Part shown: positions 29,180 to 39,559 of the stretch, piece after piece
Numbering within the stretch: position 1 is the first letter of the stretch
Layout: every line of letters starts with the position of its first letter
DNA from: Candidatus Schekmanbacteria bacterium
GTDB taxonomy: Bacteria; Schekmanbacteria; GWA2-38-11; J061
Direction of reading: 5' to 3'
NCBI GenBank assembly: GCA_016219965.1
Contig: JACRJM010000015.1
Span: 31,857 to 95,856, forward strand
DNA length: 64,000 nt
Made by a program: the position numbers and the translations under genes
The notes under the pieces: model-generated
What the model was told of the DNA's origin: nothing
Database searches by the model: none
The model's input: only the letters and a program-made list of their open reading frames with translations

Positions 29180-30295
29180 ATGTCAAAAATGAATGTATTA
29201 CATTTAATATATTCCCTACATACTGGTGGTGCAGAAAAAGTTATTGAAAATTACTCAAAATTTCATGATAGGAATTTTTTCAAGCCAATAGTTTGTTCTA
29301 TAACGGATGGGGGAATAATTGTAGATGAAATAAAAAAAACAGGAACAGACGTTTTTTTGCTCAACAAAAAAGGGATGTTTGATGTAAGCGCAGTTTTGCG
29401 ATTAGCAAGGATAATTAAATCACAAAATATTCATATCGTACATGTCCACAATTTCTCGGCAAATTTTTGGGGAACTATAACGGCGGTTTTATGTGGCGTA
29501 CGTTTTATAGTAAGAACTGAGCACAGTATCATTAATAAACGCAAGAGTTTATTCAGGATCAAATATTTCATTAATTCATTATTAGATATTTTTCAAAAAA
29601 AAATAATTTGCGTATCTGAAGAAGTTAGATCAGTGCATGTTAAGAGAAATACCTTGTCTCCTAAAAAATATATTACCATTTATAATGGTGTTGATTCACG
29701 TATTTTTAATGATAGTTATGAAACTTCAAAATATTTTAAAGAATTTAATATAGAAGCAGGTTGTAAAATAGTTGTTAAAATTGCGAGCTTAACTTCACAT
29801 AAAGGTCATGAATATTTTTTGAGGGCTGCCAAGAAAGTGCTAGATGAAGAGAAGAAAGTACTTTTTATTATTGTGGGAGATGGGCCAAGAAAAGATGAAT
29901 TGACAAAACTTGCTAAAGAGCTTGGGATTAAAAATAGTGTTGTATTTACTGGTGTTAGAAAAGATATTAATGGGATTTTAAAACTATCTGATATATTTGT
30001 ACTTTCATCTCTTAGGGAAGGATTTCCTATAACTATTCTTGAAGCAATGGCTGCTTCAAAGCCTGTTATTGTTACTAACGTTGGTGGCACTCCAGAAGCT
30101 GTAATTGAAGGAGCAACCGGATTAATTGTTCAACCAAAGGATGAAATGGCTATGGCAAAGGCAATTCTTCTCTTGTTAAGAGATGAGAAACTAAGACAAA
30201 TAATGGGAAAAAAGGGTAGGGAAAGGTTTGAGATAAATTTTAAAGCTGAATCTATGGTCCGGAAAACAGAAGATGTTTACAGAACATTTGTATAG
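29180..30295 (+). CDS. Glycosyltransferase family 4
   Basis: EGFPITILEAMAASKPVIVTNVGGTPEAV GT4 signature. Confidence 0.8.
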   Translation: MSKMNVLHLIYSLHTGGAEKVIENYSKFHDRNFFKPIVCSITDGGIIVDEIKKTGTDVFLLNKKGMFDVSAVLRLARIIKSQNIHIVHVHNFSANFWGTITAVLCGVRFIVRTEHSIINKRKSLFRIKYFINSLLDIFQKKIICVSEEVRSVHVKRNTLSPKKYITIYNGVDSRIFNDSYETSKYFKEFNIEAGCKIVVKIASLTSHKGHEYFLRAAKKVLDEEKKVLFIIVGDGPRKDELTKLAKELGIKNSVVFTGVRKDINGILKLSDIFVLSSLREGFPITILEAMAASKPVIVTNVGGTPEAVIEGATGLIVQPKDEMAMAKAILLLLRDEKLRQIMGKKGRERFEINFKAESMVRKTEDVYRTFV

Positions 30296-30302
30296 GAAAT
30301 TT

Positions 30303-31526
30303 ATGTTAAAAAAAAGAAATTATTTGAATTTATTTTTTTGTATTTTATTTTTATTAGCCAACCCACCTTCTTCAATTTCCAAAATATTTTATGTAAGTAA
30401 ATCTGGAAATGACCATAATCCAGGTACAAGTGAAAAACCTTTCTACTCTATTCAGAAATCAGTAGATTCTTTAAAACATGATGGAGATGAAATATTAATA
30501 TTCCCAGGAGATTATTATGAGTCGGTTTTAATTAATAATTCAAAAAAAATAATTGGCGTTAAAATAAAAAGCACAGATGAGATAGTTAATATTTTTCCAG
30601 ATGATACAAAGCCTGCATTGACTTTAAAATACGCTATTAATTGGAGAATTGAGGGAATAAACTTTTGCGGAAATAATGCAAAAGATATTGTATTAATATA
30701 TAGGTCACCCGGAAGCATTATAGAAAATTGTATGGTTAGTGGTGGCAGTAGCAGCAGCATTGCTTTCAGAGCTGTATATATTCTGAGTTCACCAAACTTT
30801 GTAATAAGTAACTCCACAATTGATGCATTTTCTGAGAATAACATAATGGCTTTTATGTCAGAGAACTTGTTAATTAAAGGAAATAATTTGAGCAATTCGA
30901 ATGCTATAACAATTGGTTTTGATGCAGGATGTAATTATACTGTTTGCGAAGAAAATTATATACACGATAGACTCTTGCCTGGAATAAAAGAAAGAGTAAT
31001 TATTCAGTGCAGAGAAAACATTGGTTCAACGATAAGACGCAATCTGATTGTTGAAAGACAAGATAACTCTTTCTTAGATGCGATTTTGATAAGAGGACCT
31101 GGAAATCCTTCAAAAAGCGTTTTGGTTGAAAATAATACATTGATTGGTCCTTCATCGCAGACGGCCATTGGGATTGCAGCGAACACATTGTCATCTGTAT
31201 GCAGAAATAATATTGTGGTTGGATTTAGAAATGCTATAAAAGTTAAATTTCCTTCTACACCATTAGCTAAACCTGAAGTTAAAGTGGATTGTAATGATTT
31301 CTATAATATCGCTGGTTCAGTTTATGATGATAATGTTGGTCTATGTAAGATAGGTAGCGCAAATATATCGAGTGACCCACTTTTTTCAGATACAGTGTAT
31401 TATAAGCTAAATCCAGGAAGCCCCTGTATTGACTCCGGGGATCCATCTTCAGCATTGCTCCCTGGAGGTGGAAAACGTATTGATATTGGCAGGCATGAAT
31501 ATTATCAGCAAGTGCAATTGCCATAG
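30303..31526 (+). CDS. Secreted right-handed parallel beta-helix protein (pectin-lyase-fold), paralog of the N-terminal ~400 aa of 48012-50849
   Basis: Signal peptide, then KIFYVSKSGNDHNPGTSEKPFYSIQKSVDS. Beta-helix repeat blocks align with the 945-aa paralog (ENCMVSGGSSS/ENCTVSGGSTS, EENYIHDR, IIQCR.N.GS). The ATG at 30303 is preferred over 30273, which would overlap the upstream gene. Confidence 0.55.
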   Translation: MLKKRNYLNLFFCILFLLANPPSSISKIFYVSKSGNDHNPGTSEKPFYSIQKSVDSLKHDGDEILIFPGDYYESVLINNSKKIIGVKIKSTDEIVNIFPDDTKPALTLKYAINWRIEGINFCGNNAKDIVLIYRSPGSIIENCMVSGGSSSSIAFRAVYILSSPNFVISNSTIDAFSENNIMAFMSENLLIKGNNLSNSNAITIGFDAGCNYTVCEENYIHDRLLPGIKERVIIQCRENIGSTIRRNLIVERQDNSFLDAILIRGPGNPSKSVLVENNTLIGPSSQTAIGIAANTLSSVCRNNIVVGFRNAIKVKFPSTPLAKPEVKVDCNDFYNIAGSVYDDNVGLCKIGSANISSDPLFSDTVYYKLNPGSPCIDSGDPSSALLPGGGKRIDIGRHEYYQQVQLP

Positions 31527-31527
31527 A

Positions 31528-31559
31528 GTTAGCGAGCGAATTCAATATAATGACAAAAT
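31528..31559 (+). repeat. Copy A of a 32-nt repeated element, GTTAGCGAGCGAAT-N8-ATGACAAAAT
   Basis: 28/32 identical to the element at 44256-44287. Copy A starts 2 nt after the beta-helix gene stop and opens a 25-codon ORF beginning MTK. Confidence 0.5.
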
Positions 31560-31627
31560 TCTTACATTATGAAGAATCCCTATCTCATGTTGTGGTAGTA
31601 TCAATTTATTTAAGTGATGAATAATTT

Positions 31628-32854
31628 ATGGCAATTAAAGTTGCTTATATTGTTGCAAGGTTCCCATCTGTGTCTCAGACATTCATACTTAGAGAGATTT
31701 TGGAATTATGTAATCAAGGTTTTGACATAACGATATTTCCTCTAAAATCTAAGCCAGACAAGCTTACTCACAATGATGCAAAAAAGGTCTTAAATAAAGT
31801 TTATAGTATTTCACCATTTTCAATAAAAGTACTAATGTCTCAAATTTATTTTTTTCTTACCTCACCTTTGAAGTATTTTTATTTGATATATTTTGTCGTA
31901 AAAAATAATTTAAGAAATCCTTATGCGTTAACTATATCACTTGGATTAATTCCAAAATCTGTGCATATTGCACTCATGATTAAACGTCAGAAAATATGCC
32001 ATATCCATGCGCATATGGCTACATTTCAAGCATCATGTGCATTGTTTATATCTGTTCTAACTGGTGTTCCTTTTTCTTTTACTGCACACGCCACTGACAT
32101 TAGAGGAGATCAAGCTGATAGGACTCATGATGGGACAAATATGCTACAGGAAAAATTAGAAAGAGCAAAATTTATTGTTACATGTACAGATGATAATGTG
32201 ATTTATTTGAGAAATAAACACAGAGATATTGCGCCAGAAAAAATTATACTAAACTATCATGGGATAGATACTGATAAATTTTCTCCAAAAAAATGTGAAG
32301 AACAGCCTCCTCTTATATTGGCTGTTGGAAGATTATTAGAATGTAAAGGTTTTGAGTATCTAATAGATGCTTGCAAAATTCTTAGAGAGAAGAATTTGAG
32401 TTTCAAGTGTATGATTGTAGGGGATGGGCCTGATAAAGGTATACTGAAGAAAAGAATTGATAATTCTGACTTGGGAAATATTGTTGAATTAGCTGGCGCA
32501 AAATCGCAGGAGGAATTGATAGAATTGTATAATAAAGCTTCTCTTTTTGTTTTGCCGTCCATTTCTGAAAGTCACTTTGGGATACCCAATACTCTTTTTG
32601 AGGCAATGTCAATGACAGTTCCGGTTATTGTTTCAAATCTTCCAGCTGTTAAAGAGCTTATAGTTTCACGGGATGAGGGTATCGTAATCCCTGAAAAAAA
32701 TGTTTATATTTTGGTTAAGGAAATTGAACAGCTTTTGAGAGATAGTCAGTTAAGGAAAATGATTGGGAAAAATGCTAGAAAAAAGATTATAGAAAACTTC
32801 AGCGTTAAAGAGAAAGTTAAAGAATTAAGATATATTTTTGAAAATAAAATATGA
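31628..32854 (+). CDS. Glycosyltransferase family 4
   Basis: C-terminal ESHFGIPNTLFEAMSMTVPVIVSNL GT4 motif; N-terminal GT-B domain. Confidence 0.75.
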   Translation: MAIKVAYIVARFPSVSQTFILREILELCNQGFDITIFPLKSKPDKLTHNDAKKVLNKVYSISPFSIKVLMSQIYFFLTSPLKYFYLIYFVVKNNLRNPYALTISLGLIPKSVHIALMIKRQKICHIHAHMATFQASCALFISVLTGVPFSFTAHATDIRGDQADRTHDGTNMLQEKLERAKFIVTCTDDNVIYLRNKHRDIAPEKIILNYHGIDTDKFSPKKCEEQPPLILAVGRLLECKGFEYLIDACKILREKNLSFKCMIVGDGPDKGILKKRIDNSDLGNIVELAGAKSQEELIELYNKASLFVLPSISESHFGIPNTLFEAMSMTVPVIVSNLPAVKELIVSRDEGIVIPEKNVYILVKEIEQLLRDSQLRKMIGKNARKKIIENFSVKEKVKELRYIFENKI

Positions 32855-33987
32855 CTTTTATTTTTTATTTACTGATTTTTATAGTTGTTTATGTGTATTT
32901 CGGATACTACTCGTTGCTCCGAATGCTGGAAATCTTTTCAAGGCAAAAAATAATTATTGGAGACTATGTTCCTACCGTTACTCTGTTTGTTCCTGTTTTT
33001 AATGAAGAAAAGATTATTAGAAAAAAAATTGAAAATTCAATTGGAATTGACTATCCAAAAGAAAAAATTGAGATTGTTTTTTATTCTGATAACTCGTCTG
33101 ATGAGACAGATCAGATAATAAATGAATATATAGGTACAGGAATAAAACTTTATAGGGCGGATACTAGAAGGGGAAAAAATTATCTAATAAATAATTCTTT
33201 TGAAAAAATGAATGGTGATATTATCGTATTTTCTGATGCAAATTCACTTTACAGAAAGGATGCTATAAAACTTTTAGTGAGAAACTTTAAAGACCAAACA
33301 GTAGGGTGTGTTTGCGGAAAACTGGTTTATATAAGTGATGCAAATTCTTTAGTCGGCAAAGGGGAGAGTTTATATTTTAAATATGAATCTACTTTAAAAA
33401 GGCTAGAGAGTGTTTTTGGAAGTGTCGTTACTGGAAACGGGGCAATTTATGCGATACGTAAAAATTTACTTTCGCAGTTACCTGAAGAAGTACCTAATGA
33501 TTTTGCTCATCCAATTGAAATAAAAGCAAAAGGATTTAAAGTGATTTATGAACCATTAGCTATTGCTGAAGAAAGGGCTACTGTCTCTACTGCCGAAGAA
33601 TTTAGACGACGAGTTAGAATCGTACTTAGAAGTTTCACAGCGTTTATTTTTTATCAAAAAAAATATAATATTTTAAAAAATTCATATTCCTTTTTCTTTA
33701 TTTCTCATAAGCTTTTAAGATGGTTCATTTTCCCTTTAATGGTTCTTATTTTTTTTATAAATCTTTCTTTGAATGGATATTATGCTAATATATTGTTATA
33801 TATTCAGTGTATCTTTTATATTAGTGCGTTAATTGGTTTTATTTGTCAAAAAATGGACTTTAAAATTAAGGTATTTTATATTCCTTTTTATTTTTGTTTA
33901 ATAAACTTAGCGGGAGCTTTGGGTATATTGAAATACTTTATAGGGAAAAAAGAAATTATGTGGGATATAGCGGAAACAACCCGATAA
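32851..33987 (+). CDS. Glycosyltransferase family 2 (membrane-associated, processive-like)
   Basis: N-terminal TM, GT-A fold with DNSSDET (DxD-like) and FSDANS motifs, and C-terminal TM helices. Its start overlaps the upstream gene by 4 nt. Confidence 0.7.
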   Translation: MTFIFYLLIFIVVYVYFGYYSLLRMLEIFSRQKIIIGDYVPTVTLFVPVFNEEKIIRKKIENSIGIDYPKEKIEIVFYSDNSSDETDQIINEYIGTGIKLYRADTRRGKNYLINNSFEKMNGDIIVFSDANSLYRKDAIKLLVRNFKDQTVGCVCGKLVYISDANSLVGKGESLYFKYESTLKRLESVFGSVVTGNGAIYAIRKNLLSQLPEEVPNDFAHPIEIKAKGFKVIYEPLAIAEERATVSTAEEFRRRVRIVLRSFTAFIFYQKKYNILKNSYSFFFISHKLLRWFIFPLMVLIFFINLSLNGYYANILLYIQCIFYISALIGFICQKMDFKIKVFYIPFYFCLINLAGALGILKYFIGKKEIMWDIAETTR

Positions 33988-34019
33988 TTTTATTAAAATT
34001 ATAATTATGCAAATATTAT

Positions 34020-34607
34020 ATGGAAAATAGAAAGAACTCAACTCCAAGAAACAATCCAAAAGTCACAGATTATTTTGAGGTGCTTAGGTTTATTTTCTCA
34101 TTTTCTCTTTATAAGGAGCTGATATTTAAATTCGCTTATTTTATTCATGATCATGTGGCTCCTTTAAAAGAAATGCATATAGCAGGTAATCCTCGTATTC
34201 ATCCGTCTGCATCATTGCGGTGCGGTAAAAATATCTATTTGGGAAATAATTCACATATTAACCAGTTTTGCTGTGTATGGGCAAGCCCGGAATCAAAAAT
34301 TGTTATAGGTGATAATTTATTAATGGGGCCTGGCGTAAAGATATTTTCTTCAAACCATGGGACAGATAAAAATACTCCGATGAATCTTCAAAAATTTTCT
34401 GAGAAAGATATAAAAATTGGCAATGATGTTTGGATAGGTGCAAATTCAGTAGTCCTTTCCGGTGTTGACATAGGAGATGGTGTAATTGTTGCTGCAGGTT
34501 CAGTTGTAACGAAAGATATTCCTTCATTTACTATAGCTGGAGGTGTACCTGCAAAAGTTATTAAGCAAAGAGAGAAAAAAATCCTTGATGAAATTATAGG
34601 TAAATAA
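34020..34607 (+). CDS. Hexapeptide-repeat acetyltransferase (left-handed beta-helix, WcaF/maltose O-acetyltransferase-like)
   Basis: Tandem hexapeptide repeats ([31 protein letters not shown]). Confidence 0.75.
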   Translation: MENRKNSTPRNNPKVTDYFEVLRFIFSFSLYKELIFKFAYFIHDHVAPLKEMHIAGNPRIHPSASLRCGKNIYLGNNSHINQFCCVWASPESKIVIGDNLLMGPGVKIFSSNHGTDKNTPMNLQKFSEKDIKIGNDVWIGANSVVLSGVDIGDGVIVAAGSVVTKDIPSFTIAGGVPAKVIKQREKKILDEIIGK

Positions 34608-34609
34608 CT

Positions 34610-35449
34610 GTGAGTAATAAATCTAAAAGAGATACATTTTTTTTTATTGTAGTTCTAATTACGTTTCTTCTACTTTACAGTAAAACGATTATTTGGTTAG
34701 GAAGTCGATGGTACAATGATGAGGATTACTCTCACGGACCATTAATTCCACTTGTTTCAGGTTATCTTATATGGATAAAAAGGGACAAACTAAAGCAAAT
34801 AGAACTATCGACAAATATAGTAGGGCTCTATTTGCTGATCGTGTCTCTTTTAATCCATGTCTTCAGTATAAGGGCGGAGGTTAGTTTTACATCAGCGTAT
34901 TCATTAATTTTGTCAACTGCTGGTATAGTCCTTTATTTTTTTGGCCGCAATTTATTTAACGAAGTAATTTTCCCAATCGGTTATCTTGTTTTTATGGTTC
35001 CTTTTTTCCAGTTTATTATTGATCCATTGTCAAATAAACTGAAACTGTTTTCAGCTTACTTGTCAGCAGAAATAATCGATCTTGCAGGTATTCCAGTGTA
35101 TAGGGATGGTGTTATGTTGCATCTTGCTACAGGCTCTCTTGAAGTTGCAAATCCTTGTAGCGGAATAAGATCAATAATATCGCTTTTAGCTCTCGGAACT
35201 ATATTCTCATATTTTTCGACTACTACAATGACGAATAGAATTTTGCTAGTTTGTTCTACAATTCCTCTTGCCGTTGTTGGCAATTTGGCAAGAATAGTTT
35301 TTTCAGGAGTAATGACAAATGCAGGTATAGATGTTACTACTGGATTCATACATACTCTCACTGGTTTAATCGTTTTTGCAGTTGCATTTGCAGGCCTTAT
35401 TGGTGTCAGGAAACTTCTTATATGGAAAAGCGAAATAAAAAATATTTAA
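34610..35449 (+). CDS. xrtA: Exosortase (EpsH; XrtA-type transpeptidase of the PEP-CTERM system)
   Basis: Eight-TM protein with exosortase active-site motifs ANPCSGIRS (Cys), GNLARIVFSG (Arg) and the downstream His region. Followed by EpsI and PrsK/PrsR, opposite PrsT. Confidence 0.8.
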   Translation: MSNKSKRDTFFFIVVLITFLLLYSKTIIWLGSRWYNDEDYSHGPLIPLVSGYLIWIKRDKLKQIELSTNIVGLYLLIVSLLIHVFSIRAEVSFTSAYSLILSTAGIVLYFFGRNLFNEVIFPIGYLVFMVPFFQFIIDPLSNKLKLFSAYLSAEIIDLAGIPVYRDGVMLHLATGSLEVANPCSGIRSIISLLALGTIFSYFSTTTMTNRILLVCSTIPLAVVGNLARIVFSGVMTNAGIDVTTGFIHTLTGLIVFAVAFAGLIGVRKLLIWKSEIKNI

Positions 35450-36075
35450 TAGTTATTGCATGTCTTTCTATTGTGACATGTTATTCATTATTAATATTTA
35501 AACCAAGTGACCGCTCTTTTGTCGCTCAACGCTTAAAAGAATTTCCACGAAACTTTGGCAAATGGGAATTTATAAGAGATGTGGAGATGCAAGAACAAAT
35601 AATAAGCGCACTGGACCCCAGTTCAATAGTTTTTAGAGAATATAGAAATCCTGAAGGCAAAAAAATGTGGCTTTGTATAGTGTACCACCAAAATGATAGA
35701 TGGGGTGCTCATGATCCACAAGTATGTTATAAATCGCAGGGTTGGGATATAGCAAATTATGGTGGCAAGTATGAAACCACTCAGATTCATATAAAAGAAA
35801 CAGATGTTGATATAAACAGATTCTATGTAAGCAAGGGAGGGTTTAAAGAGGTTGTTTACTACTGGTGGTTTGGTTCAAAGAAAAAACAGATGACAACAAG
35901 GTTTCAACAAATGCTTGATCTTGCCATTAATGGAGTTCTTTACGGTTATAACGACAGCGGTTTTATTCGAGTATCGATAAATCTTGAAGAAGGACACGAA
36001 GACGAATGTAAAAAGGCTGGGTATGAATTTGCAAAAGCAGTATCCTCTCTTATAGTAGCCTATCTTCCGGACTAG
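35422..36075 (+). CDS. epsI: EpsI-family exosortase-associated protein
   Basis: Starts at the internal ATG (MEKRNKKY) with an N-terminal TM. The 35251 start in the ORF track would run out of frame through the exosortase. Position immediately 3' of exosortase is typical. Confidence 0.6.
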   Translation: MEKRNKKYLIVIACLSIVTCYSLLIFKPSDRSFVAQRLKEFPRNFGKWEFIRDVEMQEQIISALDPSSIVFREYRNPEGKKMWLCIVYHQNDRWGAHDPQVCYKSQGWDIANYGGKYETTQIHIKETDVDINRFYVSKGGFKEVVYYWWFGSKKKQMTTRFQQMLDLAINGVLYGYNDSGFIRVSINLEEGHEDECKKAGYEFAKAVSSLIVAYLPD

Positions 36076-36077
36076 AA

Positions 36078-38201
36078 ATGGTAGGACTTATTTTAGCACC
36101 ATCAGCGCTGTGTTTCATTCTTCTGATTCCTCTTAGCTTCTATGTTTTAAGCAAGAATCCCAAGGAACTTCCTAACATCTCTTTTGCAATTGCCACCGGG
36201 ACTTTGGCATTAGTTGAGTTAGGGAAGTTTATGTTTCTCCTTAATCCAGTGTCTTGGACAGCAGATATATGGCTTAAATGTTTTTGGGGTGGATTAGTAT
36301 CAATGCCGGTATCGTGGCTTTTCTTCAGCCTCATATTTGCAAGAGAAGGCTATAATCCAATAATTACGAAATGGCGTTGGGGCCTGACAGGGGTTTCACT
36401 CGCATCAGCGGCAGCAATTCTCGTTGTTACTAAAGATGATAAAGCTATTTATCCTGCTGTTGTCGGCAAAACTCCGGGAGTAGTTCTTGGGGCTGACAGC
36501 TATTTTATGTGTATATATCTTATGCTCGCATTTGTCCTCGTAATAGTTAATTTTGAAAACACATTAAGAAACGCATCGGGCCCAATTAAAAGACAGATAA
36601 AATATGCAATAGTTGGAATAATTGGAGTCTTCTCATTCTTTATATATATTTTGACTGAAGCACTTTTATATTCTTTTATCGCAGTTAAACTTTTATTTGC
36701 CGGTTCATGCATCACTATAATTTTAACACTGGTCCTATATTTTTCTATTATAAGATACCGTATGCTCGATGTTCACGTCTTCATTTCCAGATATGTTATT
36801 TACAGGTCAGTTTCAATCCTTGCAGTTGGCATCTATTTATTATTAACTGGAACATTGTTACAGCTTACTGAGGTTCTTGGAGGTAGTTTTTACCAATATT
36901 TTAAACCGGTAATGGTTTTTGTCGCAGTAGCTTTGTTCGCAATATTGTTACTATCAGACAGAGTGAGGCGAAAACTTCAAATATTTATTAGTAAGAATTT
37001 TTTTGCCAATAAATATGATTACCGTTACGTCTGGTCTCAATTTACAGAAAAACTTGGCTACACGGTAAAGATTAATGAAATGTTGCCGGAAATTGCCGAG
37101 ATGATTGCCGGAATTATGTGGGTTGAATCAGTTTCAATCTGGTTGTATGATGAGGAAGTTAAGGGATACAAGGTGGCAGAATATTTTAATCTCATGGAGA
37201 TGAAAGATGTAATAATAAAAAGTGACGATTTTATTGTTAAAGCACTTGAAGAACAGGAAATATTAGATCTTACAAAGCTTACGGAAAGTTCGGATGTTCA
37301 AGATTTAGACAAGGCTATATTTATGTCTAACACCTTAAATGCACGTGTAGTGGTCTCAATGAAAAATCAAGAGGGGTTAATGGGTTTTATTGCAGTTGGT
37401 AGCGAAATAACTGGAGAACATTTTAATTATGAAGATTATGAACTGCTTCAGACATTAGCAAGGCAATCGGCAAACCTAATTCAAAATGCTATGCTTTCTG
37501 AAAGATTAATGATTTCACAGCAAATGGAATCTGTTACCAGAGTTGCATCATTTATAATTCATGATCTCAAGAATCTTATATCAACACTGGATATGCTTTT
37601 AGATAATAGCAGGGAATATATTGATAATCCTGAATTTCAGAAAGACTTGATAATCACACTCGAAAATACTGTAAAAAAGATGCGCAGGATGATGGAGAGA
37701 GTTTCTACAAAACCGCAGGAGACAAATTTTATCTTTGAACCTGTCAACTTAATTAATATAATTAGAAATAGCATCGAGGAGGTCCGTCTGGAGAATAATC
37801 CTAAAGTTAAATTGATGAAATCCTTTGACGAAAATGACTCAGTTGTAACTATGGGAGATGAAAAATCATTGAATAAAGTTTTTACAAATATCTTGATAAA
37901 TGCAATGCAGGCTTTGCCTTCAATTGGAGGAGTTATAGATATTAGCGTAAACAAAAATAACGATAGAATTAATGTTTCTATTTCAGATAATGGGAAAGGA
38001 ATAACACAAGACTTCATAAAAAAAAGTCTTTTTAAACCATTTCAGACTACTAAAGAGGGAGGTTTAGGTATAGGATTGTACCAATGCAAAACTATTATTG
38101 GAGCACATGAAAAGGCAACATTAGATGTCGAAAGCGAAAAGGGGAAGGGAGCAAAATTTATAATAAGCTTTCCTATCAGTGAAAGAGGTGCAGTAAATTG
38201 A
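36078..38201 (+). CDS. prsK: PEP-CTERM system sensor histidine kinase PrsK (polytopic N-terminus, GAF, HisKA, HATPase)
   Basis: About 700 aa with ~8 N-terminal TM helices, a GAF-like middle, a His box (FIIHDLKNL) and a HATPase_c G-box (DNGKGI...GGLGIGL). Adjacent to exosortase and PrsR. Confidence 0.75.
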   Translation: MVGLILAPSALCFILLIPLSFYVLSKNPKELPNISFAIATGTLALVELGKFMFLLNPVSWTADIWLKCFWGGLVSMPVSWLFFSLIFAREGYNPIITKWRWGLTGVSLASAAAILVVTKDDKAIYPAVVGKTPGVVLGADSYFMCIYLMLAFVLVIVNFENTLRNASGPIKRQIKYAIVGIIGVFSFFIYILTEALLYSFIAVKLLFAGSCITIILTLVLYFSIIRYRMLDVHVFISRYVIYRSVSILAVGIYLLLTGTLLQLTEVLGGSFYQYFKPVMVFVAVALFAILLLSDRVRRKLQIFISKNFFANKYDYRYVWSQFTEKLGYTVKINEMLPEIAEMIAGIMWVESVSIWLYDEEVKGYKVAEYFNLMEMKDVIIKSDDFIVKALEEQEILDLTKLTESSDVQDLDKAIFMSNTLNARVVVSMKNQEGLMGFIAVGSEITGEHFNYEDYELLQTLARQSANLIQNAMLSERLMISQQMESVTRVASFIIHDLKNLISTLDMLLDNSREYIDNPEFQKDLIITLENTVKKMRRMMERVSTKPQETNFIFEPVNLINIIRNSIEEVRLENNPKVKLMKSFDENDSVVTMGDEKSLNKVFTNILINAMQALPSIGGVIDISVNKNNDRINVSISDNGKGITQDFIKKSLFKPFQTTKEGGLGIGLYQCKTIIGAHEKATLDVESEKGKGAKFIISFPISERGAVN

Positions 38202-39559
38202 CAAAAAAACAAAAACTCTTAATTGTTGAAGATGACCGTGAAGCATTAAGGCAGTTAGATTGGGCATTTTCTAGGTTTTATAAAGTTATAAAGACTGATA
38301 CTGAGGAACAGGCCATTGAATTATTTATTGAACAACAGCCGCGTGTAGTATTGCTCGATCTTTCTCTTAGCGATGACCAGGAAGAACAGGAAGGGTTTAG
38401 AATATTGGAAAAAGTGTTAAGCCTTGATCCTCTTACTAAGGTTATTGTTGTTACAGGACATGATGAGGACAAAGCAGCTATCAAAGCAATAAGACTTGGT
38501 GCATGGGATTATTATATTAAACCTGTAAAGCCGTCAGAATTAAGAGCTATGGTAGATAGGGCTTACCATATAAGTGACATTGAGGAGAAAAGCTTAACCA
38601 ATGCAAGAAAAGAGTTTGACGAGAACAAATATGGTGAGATTGTAGGAGGATGTCCTGAAATTAAAGAAGTAATGCAGTTTATTGATAATGTCGCTGGAAC
38701 TGAGACAACAGTATTAATCCTTGGTGAAAGTGGCACCGGGAAAGAACTAGTGGCTCGTGCTATCCATAATTCCAGCAAGAGAAAAGAAAAGCCTTTCATT
38801 GTAATAAACTGTGGTGCAATCCCTGAAAACCTGCTGGAAAGTGAGCTTTTTGGACACGAGAAAGGTTCTTTTACAGGAGCTTACGCACAAAAAAAAGGAA
38901 AATTGGAGTTGGCGGAAGAAGGAACTATATTCCTTGATGAAATAGGTGAAATTCCACCAATACTTCAAGTAAAATTGCTCAGGTTCCTTCAGGAGAAAGA
39001 GTTTGAACGTGTTGGCGGCACAAAGCAGATTAAAGTTAATGCGAGGATAATAGTTGCAACTAACAGAGATTTGAAGACTGATATGAATGAAGGTAAATTC
39101 AGAGAAGACCTTTATTATCGTTTGAATGTTGTTTCAGTAACATTGCCGCCTTTAAGAGAGAGGGGAAATGATGTAATACTGATTGCAAGATTTTTGGTAG
39201 ACAAATATTGTGCTGAAAACAATATTCCTCCAAAATCTCTGAGTAGAGAAGCAGAGCTGGCAATTAGAAAATATCAGTGGCCAGGGAATATAAGGGAATT
39301 GGAAAATCTCACAAAAAGAGCAATAATCATGTCTCCAGGGAGTTTGCTTTTCCCCTCTGACCTGGGATTAAAAGAAACGGCAGAGTCAAAATGCCTCTTA
39401 ACACTAAAAGAAGCAAAAGAAGAAATAGAGAGGAAATGTCTGCTTGATGCTCTTGAAAAAAATAATGGATTTGTAAGCAGAGCTGCTAAAGATTTAGGTG
39501 TAAGTAGAGGAACATTTTACGATTTATTGAAAAAACATGGGATTGAAATTGAAGAATAA
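38198..39559 (+). CDS. prsR: PEP-CTERM-box sigma-54-dependent response regulator PrsR
   Basis: REC domain, AAA+ sigma-54 activator domain (GESGTGKE, GSFTGA, Walker B FLDEIG) and a C-terminal HTH. Its start overlaps prsK by 4 nt. Confidence 0.8.
   Translation: MTKKQKLLIVEDDREALRQLDWAFSRFYKVIKTDTEEQAIELFIEQQPRVVLLDLSLSDDQEEQEGFRILEKVLSLDPLTKVIVVTGHDEDKAAIKAIRLGAWDYYIKPVKPSELRAMVDRAYHISDIEEKSLTNARKEFDENKYGEIVGGCPEIKEVMQFIDNVAGTETTVLILGESGTGKELVARAIHNSSKRKEKPFIVINCGAIPENLLESELFGHEKGSFTGAYAQKKGKLELAEEGTIFLDEIGEIPPILQVKLLRFLQEKEFERVGGTKQIKVNARIIVATNRDLKTDMNEGKFREDLYYRLNVVSVTLPPLRERGNDVILIARFLVDKYCAENNIPPKSLSREAELAIRKYQWPGNIRELENLTKRAIIMSPGSLLFPSDLGLKETAESKCLLTLKEAKEEIERKCLLDALEKNNGFVSRAAKDLGVSRGTFYDLLKKHGIEIEE

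Noticed and set aside
35251-36075. Long form of the EpsI ORF starting at 35251 (MFYNSSCRCW...)
   Set aside because: The first 57 codons lie out of frame inside the exosortase gene and are Cys/Arg-rich nonsense. The internal ATG at 35422, followed by a TM helix, is the plausible start.
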